This document shows positions 40,458-51,393 of a stretch of 64,000 nt of DNA, in pieces. How positions within the stretch are numbered: the first letter of the stretch is position 1; every line of letters begins with the position of its first letter. The notes below the pieces were generated by a model. It was not told the DNA's origin. It saw only the letters and a list, made by a program, of their open reading frames with translations, and ran no database searches. The translations under genes and the position numbers were made by a program. Origin of the DNA: a virus. The stretch is taken from positions 1 through 64,000 of IMG/VR virus record IMGVR_UViG_3300045988_019695; one strand, 5' to 3'.

Positions 40458-41582
40458 TTAAAAGTTTGCTTTATCGTAAGCAGCAGAGTTGTCAACTGGG
40501 TTAACAATGTTCTGACGAGAGGCGATCATAGCCTGGAGCTTAGCAACGAAGCCGCCTGCAATCTGATCAGCACCCATAGCCTCACCATTGTTAGAAGCGT
40601 AGATCTCAACTGTCTGCTTTGTTCTACGCCAGAGATCATCAGCTGTACGGTACTGGTTCTCAAACTCGATAGTAATACCGTCGTACTTGTTATCGAGGTT
40701 TGTTACCATAGCTGGCTGAGGATCGTACCAGCAGCAACGATGCAAAACGCCCTGATAGTCAAATGTAGCACGCTCGCGATCACGTACCAATTTAGCTGTT
40801 GCTGGGTATGTAACGCCTTCTTTCTTAGAGAAGACAACACCAAGGTCGTACTTGTTGTTTGAAGCCCAACCTGGAGCTGCAGGGTTCATCCAATACATGT
40901 TAGCATCGAAACGACCCTTCATGTAAACGTTCTCTGTTCTGTTAGACTCATCGTCATCATACTTCATCTGTGTAAGAACGAGCTTCTGACCATTGATCTT
41001 AGCATATACACGCTGGCGCTTTGGAGCACGGATGATATCCTTTACCAAACCCGCCATGATCTCCTGTACAGTATCACCAACCTTAGTTACATAGCTGTAT
41101 GACTCTGTCCACTTGCGATATCGCATTGGCATATCCTTGAAAGTAAGACGAAGAACAACTGGGCAACCACCCTGAGCGAGGAGGTCCAATGTCTCAGGAG
41201 CAACATCACTGAAATCGATTGTAATCTCATCCTCTGAATCTTCCTTGTAATCAAGCTTAGTAACAGACTTAATGTCTGCTACATTAATAATGTTAGACCA
41301 CTTTACAACTGGTACGAATGTAACATTACCAAGCTTGTCAACCTTCTGGAAGCTATCAGATGTAATAACACCAATCTTAAAACGGTCAGCAGCTGCATCC
41401 ATCTTATAAACATCATCAATAGCAGTACCATCCTGCTTAGCTGGATCACAGTTCATGAATACGAACTTACCAACCAATGGCTTAAGATCTTCTTTCTTAG
41501 CCTTACCCTTCAACTCCTCTGCGGTAGCAAGGGTCTCACCGTTCTTGTTAGAAACGAGAACTGAATTTACGTATGTAATCAT
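40458..41582 (-). CDS. Structural protein (374 aa), possibly an abundant head/tail component
   Basis: Uninterrupted ORF MITYVNSVLVSNKNGETLATAEELKGKAKKEDLKPLVGKF..., TAA; no TAG codons; located in the head-tail module. Confidence 0.65.
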   Translation of the reverse strand: MITYVNSVLVSNKNGETLATAEELKGKAKKEDLKPLVGKFVFMNCDPAKQDGTAIDDVYKMDAAADRFKIGVITSDSFQKVDKLGNVTFVPVVKWSNIINVADIKSVTKLDYKEDSEDEITIDFSDVAPETLDLLAQGGCPVVLRLTFKDMPMRYRKWTESYSYVTKVGDTVQEIMAGLVKDIIRAPKRQRVYAKINGQKLVLTQMKYDDDESNRTENVYMKGRFDANMYWMNPAAPGWASNNKYDLGVVFSKKEGVTYPATAKLVRDRERATFDYQGVLHRCCWYDPQPAMVTNLDNKYDGITIEFENQYRTADDLWRRTKQTVEIYASNNGEAMGADQIAGGFVAKLQAMIASRQNIVNPVDNSAAYDKANF

Positions 41583-41657
41583 ATTGTTTAATTTTTTCTA
41601 CTCACCCTATAATGTTGATGCTAGACCTAACTAGCTGGGCTTTCCACGTTAAAATTA

Positions 41658-42353
41658 TTATTCTTGTGTATTTACTTCTTGAGTTATAGTCTAATAGCGC
41701 TCATCCTTCTTATTCTCGATGTACATCTGAGCAGCTATCTTTATAATCTCATTAAGTACTGTATCCTCGAACTCATCATATTCGTCATGAGGGTCGTCGA
41801 GAGATATTTCCTATGGCTTTCTTATATAACCAAGCTAATACTTATAGATTCTATAATTCTTATCTGTTAATAAATTGCAGCCATATTTTGTCCTAACTCT
41901 AAGAGGACGAGCTCTGTGATATCTGTAATGAAAGTCTGTAAGGCTATTGTTAACCCTATACATAAAACTATCTTGTGTACACTCAAAGACACACGTGTTC
42001 AATTGATTCTTGTTGTTATTATCTGATATAACAACATCCTCGTTTGATGCGAATAGGAAATCTTCTGGATAGTGTATCTTATATACGTCATATGAAGGTT
42101 CCAATAGGTTTGTCTATATATCATCGTACCAGTAACTTTTGGTCTTGTACAGCTTAATTAAATCATGTCTACGCTTCTCTGTTTCCTCGTACGATGTATC
42201 ATGGACAAGATCACCATTAAATCTAGTCTTTACAAACTTATCAACAGCCTGGTTGAGCCAAAATAAAGATTCGTCCGTCGATGGTTTGTCGAGAGGACTA
42301 TTAAACTTATTAATCTCTCTTTCGAAGTTCACCAATATGTCTATATATCTCAT
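41658..42353 (-). CDS. Putative head-tail/ring protein (~231 aa)
   Basis: ORFs 42114..42353 and 41835..42104 share a frame; TAA 41658-41660. Confidence 0.65.
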
Positions 42354-43096
42354 TGCTCACCCTCCTATTGTTTAGGCTGTTTCTTAGTATTACCCTACGA
42401 TAATTTAGCCTTATACTATGTAATGTACATATCTACAGCCCCAGAGACAAGCTCATCGAAGCACGAGTATGGGAGCTGGCAATAGCTATGAACAGCGCCA
42501 GCAGAGTCGTCATTATCGTTGTACTTTAACACATTGAATGCATTAGGCTAACAACAATATGTAAGATCTACATAGTCTATAGTAGTGTAAGAATCTGTGA
42601 TAACCCTTAAATAAGGACTATCGTAAGATGTACTCTCAAGTACTACCATAGGATTAGGGAGAATAGAATTCTGATTGTAAAAAGCATTGATTACATTGTC
42701 TACATCATCCTACTTAATTAATGCGTTTGGGGTAACTACTGGTTTACTAAGAGCTTTAGGGCTCTTATAGTTCTTTGAAATGAAACTATCAGACCTAACA
42801 TACATAGCATAATTGTCAGGTAAATCAAAATGGTCATTAGAGACAATGTCTGGTTTAATCTTTGCATGTCTTATCAAAGGTTTAATAGTATCATGTATTC
42901 GTTTAGCTTTCCTAGTACCACGCTGCAGTTCATCTTCTACAGCATACAATGACCTAACATACTGTGACTAGAACTCGCTAAGGAATGAATATATTGTATC
43001 TGTAGTAAGCTTTTCCGTAGTAGCAAACTGAGGATAAATCTCAAATAACCTACGTTCAAACTCTATACCTAGTTTTCTAGTTTCTTCTTTTGTCAT
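42350..43096 (-). CDS. Putative head-tail connector/ring protein (~248 aa)
   Basis: ATG 43096 (MTKEETRKLGIEFERRLFEIYPQFATTEKLT...), TGA 42350-42352 overlapping the next ATG. Confidence 0.65.
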
Positions 43097-43815
43097 GATT
43101 CAAGTGGTCTAGTATTTACTTTAGTAGTAAGCCTACTGGATTCTACAATCTCGGTAGACATTATAATAGCCAGATTAATAAGTTCCTCAGCCATAGAGTC
43201 TGACAGCTCAAACTTTGTAGATGTAAAGTCGTAGTCTGATTCAAAGTTACCTGGACCAACTGCGAACTTATTAGGATGTTTAAGATACAAGAATTGAGCA
43301 GTAGAAGTAGCTCCATTGTACTGTACAACCATTGGGTCTACATATGTTATAATGCTATTGTTTTCTATAACTGATGTAGGGTATTCAATCCACGGCATAT
43401 TATTAGTTGTAGCTTTATAGTTCTTAGCTTCTTCATGTGACACGAATCTCATTTCCTATATAGAGTGAGCCTTGCCATCAAATGAATTGAAGCTGTTATT
43501 AACAGTAAATTCTCCGTTCAAGATATACATATAGTCTAACTTGTCTGTAGGGAATCTATAGCTGTTATCTCCAACTAAATTACCGATTGTGTATACATTA
43601 TTAATTAATGGCTTTAAATCTTCAATTGCTTTCATATCTGATTCAAACGCTGACCTTCTAGGATTGTTCCCTGTATATTTTTGAGCTATAAGAGCTAGGT
43701 AGGCTTTATCAAGTATTGTAGCAATCTCATATTTAGTTAGCGACGGATATGACGAAGTTATATTTGCCTTGTCATATTCAATCATAAACTTAGTATAAAT
43801 ATCACTATGCGTCAT
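43093..43815 (-). CDS. Putative ring/connector protein (~240 aa)
   Basis: ORFs 43456..43815 and 43093..43452 are in one frame joined by TAG (…AHSI-Q-EMRFVSHEE…); TGA. Confidence 0.7.
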
Positions 43816-43828
43816 ACGTCGTTCGTTA

Positions 43829-44581
43829 TTATTTATTTTCGACCTGATTAATAATCGAGATCTTTAAGTCTTGATTCTTCTTTGCGTCCAAGTATGCAAT
43901 ACAATCCTCAAGTGAGTCTGCAAGCATCTCAGAACCATAATAGTACTGTGTTCTATCCTTACGGATAATGCCCTTAGCAATAGCACTCTCGATCAAGAAC
44001 TCTGTTTCCTTTGTCTTATTATTAACCCACTTAGTAAAGAAGTTTTGTGGCTGCTTATCAACCAATGAGAACAATGTAGACTCTACAAGCTCATTAGACA
44101 TTGTATCAGCGCTAACGCCGAACAATCTAAGACACTTGCGCATCTCTTCAAGAGAAAGCTTGCCAAAAGCAATGATAGCGTCTCTACGAAGCTTGTTGAT
44201 CTTATTCTTCTCAATAGCCTCAGCCTGTCTATTAATAAGCAGATAGTCTTTACCAGCATTAAGCTTATCAAGTGATGTAGCTACTCTCTTATGTCCCTCA
44301 AGGAACTTAATAATCATAGCCTAGCGTGGGAATGAGTCATCGAGGATTGTGCTCTTAGAGCCAACTTTAACACAGAATGTATTCCAGAATGGTGAATTCT
44401 TAGCGAGGTGGCCTTCTGGGTAGCCAAGCTCCTTTTCAAATTTCTTTTCGTCCTCAGGTGTTAAACCTGTGTATATCGACCCAGATCTGGTAAAGTAAGG
44501 TGCAATATAATCAAAGCAATGCTTGTACTTCAACAATCCAGCCCAGGGATTTTTCTTTCTGATCTTTAATTCAACTACCAT
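43829..44581 (-). CDS. Hypothetical structural protein (~250 aa)
   Basis: ORFs 44321..44581 and 43829..44317 share a frame joined by TAG; TAA. Confidence 0.65.
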
Positions 44582-44613
44582 AATTTTTCAATTAGTTGTT
44601 GCAATGCCAAGCT

Positions 44614-44634
44614 CCCACCCGATTTTTGGGTGGG
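44614..44634 (-). other. Perfect 7-bp GC-rich stem-loop (CCCACCC-N7-GGGTGGG) downstream of the MCP gene
   Basis: cccaccc gattttt gggtggg in an AT-rich intergenic region. Confidence 0.5.
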
Positions 44635-44661
44635 GTTGAACATTGTATATTATTTAATTAA

Positions 44662-45819
44662 TTAGAGCTCTGCTGCTCTGTTCTCAACTGAGATAGACTC
44701 CTGGTCTTCAGCATCACAGTACAAGATACCACATGACAATGGATTTCTCAACATGATACCCTCTTCACCGAGGAAGTGTACCTGGTAACCATCACGGCTG
44801 TTAGAACGCATAGTGTTGATATTGTTTGCATAACCATTTGGCAATACAGAACCACCAGTACACCACTGTACGAACTCACGGCCCTTACGACATACCTTAA
44901 CGATGTTAGCCTGACCATCACGACGACCAAGGTCAACGAACAAGAATGTGTAAGACATCAATGGCTTACCTGTCAATGGGTGAAGCTGACGGAACATCTC
45001 CATGTTATCGAACATAGCGCAACGCTTAACTGTCAACTCAATACCATTAGTCATAGTGTAAGTTGTGAACTGACCACCCAACTTCAAGTCCTGACCAGAA
45101 CCTGTAATGAAGTGTGTATCAATCATATTGAAACTAGCTGCCTTCTCCTTCAAGATACGGTCGAATTCACGGATACCCATCTCACCAGTCAAAGCAACGA
45201 ACTTACGCTCATTAGTACCAATAATGTTGTAGCAGAGATCGAACAAGTAATCCTCGAACAACTCTGTAGTCAGCTTTGTATAATAACGTACATTAGCTGG
45301 AGCAATCTGCTCAAACAAACCTGCAGAGATTGGAACGAAACGACCATTAGTACCCTTCAAATTGTAAGTACCATCTGCGTTACGGTTAGAGTGAGCGAAC
45401 AGCAACTGCTTCTCCTCTCTCTTCTTCCACTCACGAAGAGCCTTCCAATACTGATAGTCAGACCACAAATAAGACTTCTTACCTGTCTCAGGATCAGTCA
45501 AAGCGATAGCCAATACTGTAGAATAAGCATCACCTGTGATATCGTAAGTAAGACGCATAGTCATCAAGCTATTACGCATCTTAAATGGAGTCTGATAGTT
45601 GATGATATCTGCCTCATCACTGTACTCCTCATATGCAGAACCGATACGGTCTACCTGACGGCCTGGGAGCAAATACTCGCAAGGAATATAAGAACCCTGG
45701 AAACCTTCTGCTACGTAGCACTCATATACCCATGTGCTACCATCCTGGTATGGAGTACCATTTACACGTACCTGGAAGTTTACATTGTCAAATGCCAAAA
45801 TAGCGCCTGGCTTTTTATT
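44662..45819 (-). CDS. Major capsid protein, 3' exon
   Basis: KKPGAILAFDNVNFQVRVNGTPYQDGSTWVYECYVAEGFQGSYIPCEYLLPGRQ...SVENRAAEL, TAA; crAss-like MCP features. The listed GTG start at 45822 abuts the predicted 3' splice site. Confidence 0.85.
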   Translation of the reverse strand, partial: NKKPGAILAFDNVNFQVRVNGTPYQDGSTWVYECYVAEGFQGSYIPCEYLLPGRQVDRIGSAYEEYSDEADIINYQTPFKMRNSLMTMRLTYDITGDAYSTVLAIALTDPETGKKSYLWSDYQYWKALREWKKREEKQLLFAHSNRNADGTYNLKGTNGRFVPISAGLFEQIAPANVRYYTKLTTELFEDYLFDLCYNIIGTNERKFVALTGEMGIREFDRILKEKAASFNMIDTHFITGSGQDLKLGGQFTTYTMTNGIELTVKRCAMFDNMEMFRQLHPLTGKPLMSYTFLFVDLGRRDGQANIVKVCRKGREFVQWCTGGSVLPNGYANNINTMRSNSRDGYQVHFLGEEGIMLRNPLSCGILYCDAEDQESISVENRAAEL

Positions 45820-46691
45820 CACTCGGAGTCGTTAATTCCGAATCGCTAGCTATGGCATTCTCGCTAGCAGCTTCATCTTTCGATGAAGAATTGACTATAT
45901 CACAACCCTAAAGAAAGGGTTTCCAGTACTTCGGGTCACTTGACCCTACACCGTGGTTAGCGGTTAGTCGATGAACCTTCAAGTCTACTTTGTCAACACG
46001 AAGACCTTTAAGCAATCCAGCTTTAATATAGTCTCCTGTGTTCGCATGTTTTTGAATTAAACCATAAGTATAACCACTTATTCTAAATTGCTTTCTCAAA
46101 GCTTTAAACCCATATATGGTAAACTGCGCTCCATTGTAAACATTAGTAAATACATATGCAACCTGCGGACCATCTTTTGTATGTATTGGATGGTTAAAGC
46201 AATGTCCTTTAAACAGTCCATGTTCCTTTCCGTGTTGTATATTATATTCTGGTGTGCACCATTCTAGATTAGATAGATAATTATTTAATTTATTTCCATC
46301 TATATGGTTTACTTGTGGTAAATTGTTTGGATTATCTAGAAATGTCATAGCTACAAGTCTATTGACTCTATAGTCGTATCTTTTACCATCTTTAGTAAAA
46401 GTGACATGCAGATAACCTCTTTTATTTTTACTCGGCGATAAAAATTTATTACTTCTATGTGACCAAATATCACCATGTGTTGTACATGCGTAAAGACCTT
46501 CCCATCCCGGTATGTCTTTCATCTAGTAGCCTTGCTCGGCTGCTGATTGTCCATTTTTTATATTATTCATATATCTATAATTTTATTTATAACTCTATGG
46601 TATAAAATTCTTTAGGAGTTTCCAGCAATTCTCTGGATTTTTCAATTTATATTACTATAAAAGGCGGCACAGGTTATGCGCTATAGAACCT
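45820..46691 (-). mobile_element. Group I intron interrupting the major capsid gene, with internal HNH endonuclease ORF
   Basis: Minus-strand core elements: P/P4-like AATTGCTGGAAACTCCTAAAG (46610-46630), Q/P6-like AATCAGCAGCCGAGC (46534-46548), R/P7-like GTTCATCGACTA (45965-45976), S-like GATATAGTC (45893-45901). 5' exon ends ...CGGT; U·G closing P1 with downstream GCCG and GGTT/AACC extension. Intron ends in G. Confidence 0.85.
45908..46522 (-). CDS. NUMOD4/HNH homing endonuclease inside the intron (204 aa if TAG terminates)
   Basis: MKDIPGWEGLYACTTHGDIWSHRSNKFLSPSKNKRGYLHVTF...VNRLVAMTFLDNPNNLPQVNHIDGNKLNNYLSNLEWCTPEYNIQHG. Confidence 0.85.
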   Translation of the reverse strand: MKDIPGWEGLYACTTHGDIWSHRSNKFLSPSKNKRGYLHVTFTKDGKRYDYRVNRLVAMTFLDNPNNLPQVNHIDGNKLNNYLSNLEWCTPEYNIQHGKEHGLFKGHCFNHPIHTKDGPQVAYVFTNVYNGAQFTIYGFKALRKQFRISGYTYGLIQKHANTGDYIKAGLLKGLRVDKVDLKVHRLTANHGVGSSDPKYWKPFL

Positions 46692-47075
46692 ACCGAACCA
46701 CTTCTCTTCCAAGCCAAGATAAATAGGAGTGTTATTAATACCTGGAGTCAAACCATCTTTAATTGACTTAGGTGTAATTTCCTTACCATTCCACTTAGCG
46801 TAGCGGATATTAACAGCGTGATCAGCGTCAATCATTACAGACCACTCATACTCTCTATTTTCGATAGTCATGGTTGAACCAAGACCACCAGTTAGTAAGT
46901 CGATAGTAGTTGAAATACCATCATCCTTTGTACCAAAAACCAATGACAACAAGCCTGCTACCTCATGAGGCTTTGTAAGCATTGCGTTAGCAATCATGTT
47001 TTCGTCTACCAAGTCAGCAAAACGCTTACCACGATAGAGCTGAAGATTATTTAATAAAGAACTTGAATTATTCAT
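46692..47075 (-). CDS. Major capsid protein, 5' exon (128 codons)
   Basis: MNNSSSLLNNLQLYRGKRFADLVDENMIANAMLTKPHEVAGLLSLVFGTKDDG...GLTPGINNTPIYLGLEEKWFG; intron splicing would join it to NKKPGAILAFDN. Confidence 0.85.
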
Positions 47076-47093
47076 AATATGTTAATTGTCTCA

Positions 47094-48290
47094 TCATAGG
47101 TATTTTGACGCGAGATCCCATGCCTGAGGTTGTTTTTCATGCCCAACATTGTATGATGTATGATTTTTTGTTTGGTGTTTGAGCATTTGTCTAAGTTTAC
47201 TCGCAGCAGATGTCTGACCATTGCGCTGTGCTTCGCCCAGTAGAGCATCACCCTTCATTGTGAAGTAGGCTGATTCTATCAAATTGTTAACAAGGTTATT
47301 ATTAAAAGCCTTCTGATACTCTGTTAAACCGTCTACATCAGTTCTTGTAATATAATCGAACAACGCTTTTCTATCCTCCTTTGGGATATTGATACCTCTA
47401 ATATTAGTAAGACCGTTGATATTAGATGTAAGGTCATTCATGAACTGTGCAGCTTGCTGCTCCTGTTTCTGTCTTTGAGCTTCCTGTTGCTGAGCCATAT
47501 ACTCTTGCTGTTGCTGTTCGTACGCCTTAAGATAATTTACAGCATCAGCTGCTTCATCTTCCAGCATGTCAGCATCTTCATAGCGCTCAATCTTGCGACT
47601 AATCTGTTCGTCATTCATTCCCTGTAATCTATAGAACTCACGAACAGCTGCTTTCTGATTAGATTCGTCCTCCAAATCTATGTTATCGTAATACATAGAT
47701 TTCTGTTGTGTCTGATAGAAGTCTTCAAATTTACCACCATTCTTTACGTACTGATCAAGTCTAGCAATACGATCATCAGCGTACTATGGTGTTGAATTCT
47801 CATCTACGACATCTTTGATATACTCCACGAGGTCCTCGACTGACTTAGGTTTCTCGTCTGCATCAACACTCCAACCATTAGCTTCAGCGAATGCGTCAAA
47901 GAAAGCACCAATCTATTCTGCTTCTCCAGGATCTACGACGTCGGTGTCAGTCTGCTGATCATTATCATCATTGTCGCCATCCTATTCGTTGTCAACTGTA
48001 GTTGTGTCGGACGTATTATTATTTAAAATATTATCTGGGATCTGTGTATCATCATCATGAGCATTAGGATCACCAGTTACATTCTTATTATCTTTATTAT
48101 CCTCAGAAGACTTGTCGTCATCTGGATTGTCTAAATTATCAATATCATCATTAGGGTCATCTAACACCTGATTAACCACATCCTGGTTATCGATGTCTGT
48201 AACGCTGTCGCCACCTTCCTGGCCACCGAACCCTAGAGAGTTCAAAGCGTCTTCAAAATCACCTAATGGATTTTTCTTCTTTCTTGCCAT
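47094..48290 (-). CDS. Putative scaffolding/head maturation protein (~398 aa), acidic N-terminus
   Basis: ORFs 47982..48290 and 47094..47696 share a frame through several TAGs; Asp/Asn-rich then Gln-rich coiled region; directly upstream of the MCP; TGA. Confidence 0.7.
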
Positions 48291-48328
48291 AATTTAAATT
48301 ATAACTAAGTTAATATTTTTAATTGTCG

Positions 48329-48353
48329 TACGCTACACGGGATTCGAACCCGT
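48329..48353 (-). pseudogene. Orphan tRNA 3' half (T-arm plus 3' acceptor strand)
   Basis: Minus: ACGGG-TTCGAAT-CCCGT + GTAGCGT + A; no matching ACGCTAC 5' strand found nearby. Confidence 0.45.
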
Positions 48354-48360
48354 ATAATGT

Positions 48361-49971
48361 TCAATGTTTCCAACCTGCTGCATTATGTGCAAAGTTGGCT
48401 TTCTTTCTCATAGCTGCACTATACTTACTTGGATTACTTAAAACTCTATTAGCAAAACTTTGGATACTCATACCATGCTATTTAGCTGCTTTAGTAAATG
48501 TTCCACGCTTAGATTTCTTGATATGTATATCTTTACCAGAATTAAATTTTCTTTTATTTGTTGGTATTTTGTTTCGTTCTACGATACCAACACTTTCTCT
48601 AAATTGACTCTCTACTGGAGAAGCTGGATTATATACAACATTCTTATAATGCCCATCAAATAACTATCCTCTAGGCTATGCATTACTTAATGCATCTAAC
48701 AGATCTTCAGGAAGATTTTTTGAATTTAAAATATCAGTATCATGTACCTATGATGTATATTTCGGCCTAAGAACATAATCCATAAACTAATAATCTTTTA
48801 GTCTTGGTCTATTAGCTTTTGCAGCCTCTTCTAGTAAAGCCTATTCAAACTCACTACCGTAATCTCTAGGTTTTTCTAAAAGAAAACGTCCAGATTTTCT
48901 TGAATCGGCATTTTTCTGCATTAATTCAAATGCTTTGCGAAGTTTCTGATTAGTGTTCTAATCAAATACCTAAATGTTCTTTGTTGGGACTTTTATGTTT
49001 TCTCCAAACGTAAAAGTGTCAGAAGGTCTAGTAGATATAACGTTTTTACCAAGTAAACTTTTACCAGGGAATCTAAGTATTGGTCTAGTACTCCAATCTC
49101 CACCAGAATTTGGAAGAACTGGATAATCTGTAGTAAAGTTACTTATTAGCGGACTTACATCGCCAGAGTCATAAGCAAATCTACTATTTATTGGAGATAC
49201 TATAGTATATTTCTAGCTCATATCTGGTAAAATACTATACCTTCTATACAAGTCTGGAAACTATGCGTCGAACCCATATTTAATCTTTCCTCCAATATAT
49301 CTAAGGTATTGAGCATTCGGATTGTCACTAAAGTATATTTGTTTTGCGACATTTTTTATTTCCGGTAAAGCCTTTCCTGCTACTGGAACCATTCCGAGAA
49401 CGCCATATGGATTACCATCTGATAACTCCTTTGCACCTTTTAATGCAAAATACATATCAGCAGCAGGCTATGTTATTGGATGTAAAGCAAGTGCAGTCAT
49501 TCCACCATCTATAGCATCAGCTACTTCTCCTTGCCAAGTTTTCTAATACTGAGCATTCTATATATCTTTCTTCGTCTAAAGATCTGACATATATTTATCA
49601 AATGCAGCATCACCCATATATTCTTTAAGATCCATAAGTTCTTTATTGCGTTCTGCAGCATCTACTTTGGAAATGTCTCGCTAATTAACATTTACTTCCT
49701 GCAATCGTCTATTAACACGTTCTCCTGTTTTTAGTATATCTTGTCCTGTGTATGGATCGTGTCCAACAATGTCTCTAAGATAAACCATTCTAGCATCATC
49801 TCCAGTATCAAATTTAGGAATCTTAAGTTTCTTTCTAAGCTACTTCTCAGCTATCTACTAATCTGCTTCAGCCTATGCTTTTCTTCTACGTTTAATCTTA
49901 CGAAAGAGCTTATGACGCTGATAGTCATTCTTCTTCTGCATCTTTCGCTTAGGACTTTCCATCTATGTCAT
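48361..49971 (-). CDS. Virion-associated hypothetical protein (~536 aa)
   Basis: ATG 49971 (MTQMESPKRKMQKKNDYQRHKLFRKIKRRRKAQAEADQQIAEKQLRKK...), TGA 48361-48363; C-terminal KRGTFTKAAKQHGMSIQSFANRVLSNPSKYSAAMRKKANFAHNAAGWKH. Confidence 0.7.
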
Positions 49972-50996
49972 AATTGCATCAGTTTAAGATTATTACCTCT
50001 TCTCTACCAGAACTTCTAGCCATAAGAATCTTTGCCAAAATTATTCTAAGGAAGTAGGTTAAGTATATTCGGAAGTGAAGGCTATGTTATTCTATCGTAC
50101 ATCTACTGTTTATACTAATCAAGATCGCGCTATTGCTAAGCTTTAATTTCTTCCTAAGTTGGACCAAGTAAAGCTGCTGGAACATCTGCTCTAATAGTAC
50201 TAGGCTATCTTGTAGAAGGAGAGTTTATTATTATAGGACTAACATTCTTAGCGTCCTCATAGTCCTGTACGAGATCATTAAACTGTACATTATAGTTATA
50301 GGCATCCTTATGTGCATTCCTATGATAATAAGCCGCCTTAACAAGGCTATCCATACCTCTAAGATTTCTAGAATAGTTCTCAAGAGAATCTTCATAATAC
50401 CCTTTCTGCTTAAGCGCTCTTGCATAATCCTGTGTAGATTTAGCTCTAAGCGCTTCTCCATATCTAGTATGCATAAGTCTTACATAGTCCTTAACAAAAT
50501 CTGCATCACTCTTGTATGTAGTATAGGTCTTACCATTCCAGCCTACGCCACCATAGTTGTGCTATTGCCTAGCAACTCTAGATCTACCGTAGTTAGATTC
50601 ATATGCAAGCTGACGCATTACATTATAGTATGCAGCATCACCGTATCCGTATCTGCTTAGCTATTGTCCTACAAGAGGGCCCATTCTGTGAACAAAAGTA
50701 TTAATAGAATCATTCTTTCCTCCTTTGTATTTATGCAGTATTGGATGTTCTTCGTTTAATGGAGTATCAAAAGGTAATGGCTTAATAATGTCTTCAGCTA
50801 TATTAACATCTTTACCTTCATTGTAAGCATTAAGTATAGACTATACATTCTAATCAATCTACTACTACTCTTCTGGACTAGGTTCATCAGCCTGGGTGTC
50901 TCCACCCAAGTTGATTCCTCTAATGTCTTTCCAGTAATCAGCGCCATTCTTCCACGCCTCATACTTCTACTAAAATGTCTTATTATCTAACTTCAT
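49968..50996 (-). CDS. Glucosaminidase-like peptidoglycan hydrolase, virion-associated (~342 aa)
   Basis: Central QLAYESNYGRSRVARQQHNYGGVGWNGKTYTTYKSDADFVKDYVRLM...RYGEALRAKSTQDYARALKQKGYYEDSLENYSRNLRG; ATG 50996, TGA 49968-49970. Confidence 0.7.
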
Positions 50997-51391
50997 GCTA
51001 TAGCCTCCTCATACTCTTCTTTAGAAATCTAAATAAATGTACAGTTAAGTTTTCCGCAGTATCCCTACTTTTGTTTAAAGCAATACTATATAGCTCCTTT
51101 ATCAATTCCTAACTATCTAGAAGCTTCTCTCAAAGACGGATAATACTTTACATCGTTAGAAAAAATAACTTTTAACCAATATCCTTTTGGTCGATTGCTA
51201 TAATCTGAATATCGTTTTCTTACTGCAGAATGTTCACCATATTTATTCCATGCACTCTACAAGTGAGCGTTTACATGTTTGTTTGCCCTAAGGTTTCTAA
51301 GATGTTCTTTAAAACGTTGCTCTATATGAATAGAGCTACCAATATACCGTTTACCATTTACGGTATTATAAATCTAATAAACTCCACTCAT
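50993..51391 (-). CDS. GIY-YIG homing endonuclease-like protein (132 aa)
   Basis: MSGVYQIYNTVNGKRYIGSSIHIEQRFKEHLRNLRANKHVNAHLQSAWNKYGEHS...IQYCFKQKQGYCGKLNCTFIQISKEEYEEAIA; TGA overlaps the next ATG; internal TAGs read as Q. Confidence 0.8.
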
Positions 51392-51393
51392 AA

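Noticed and set aside
44776-45849. 357-aa plus-strand ORF antisense to the capsid gene
   Set aside because: It mirrors the confident MCP exon. Absence of minus-frame TAG and the codon bias open the opposite frame; the composition (Thr/Ile/Leu/Cys-rich) is not protein-like.
48329-48353. Full tRNA gene at this site
   Set aside because: Only the T-arm and 3' acceptor strand are present; no plausible D-arm, anticodon arm or matching 5' acceptor within ~60 nt.
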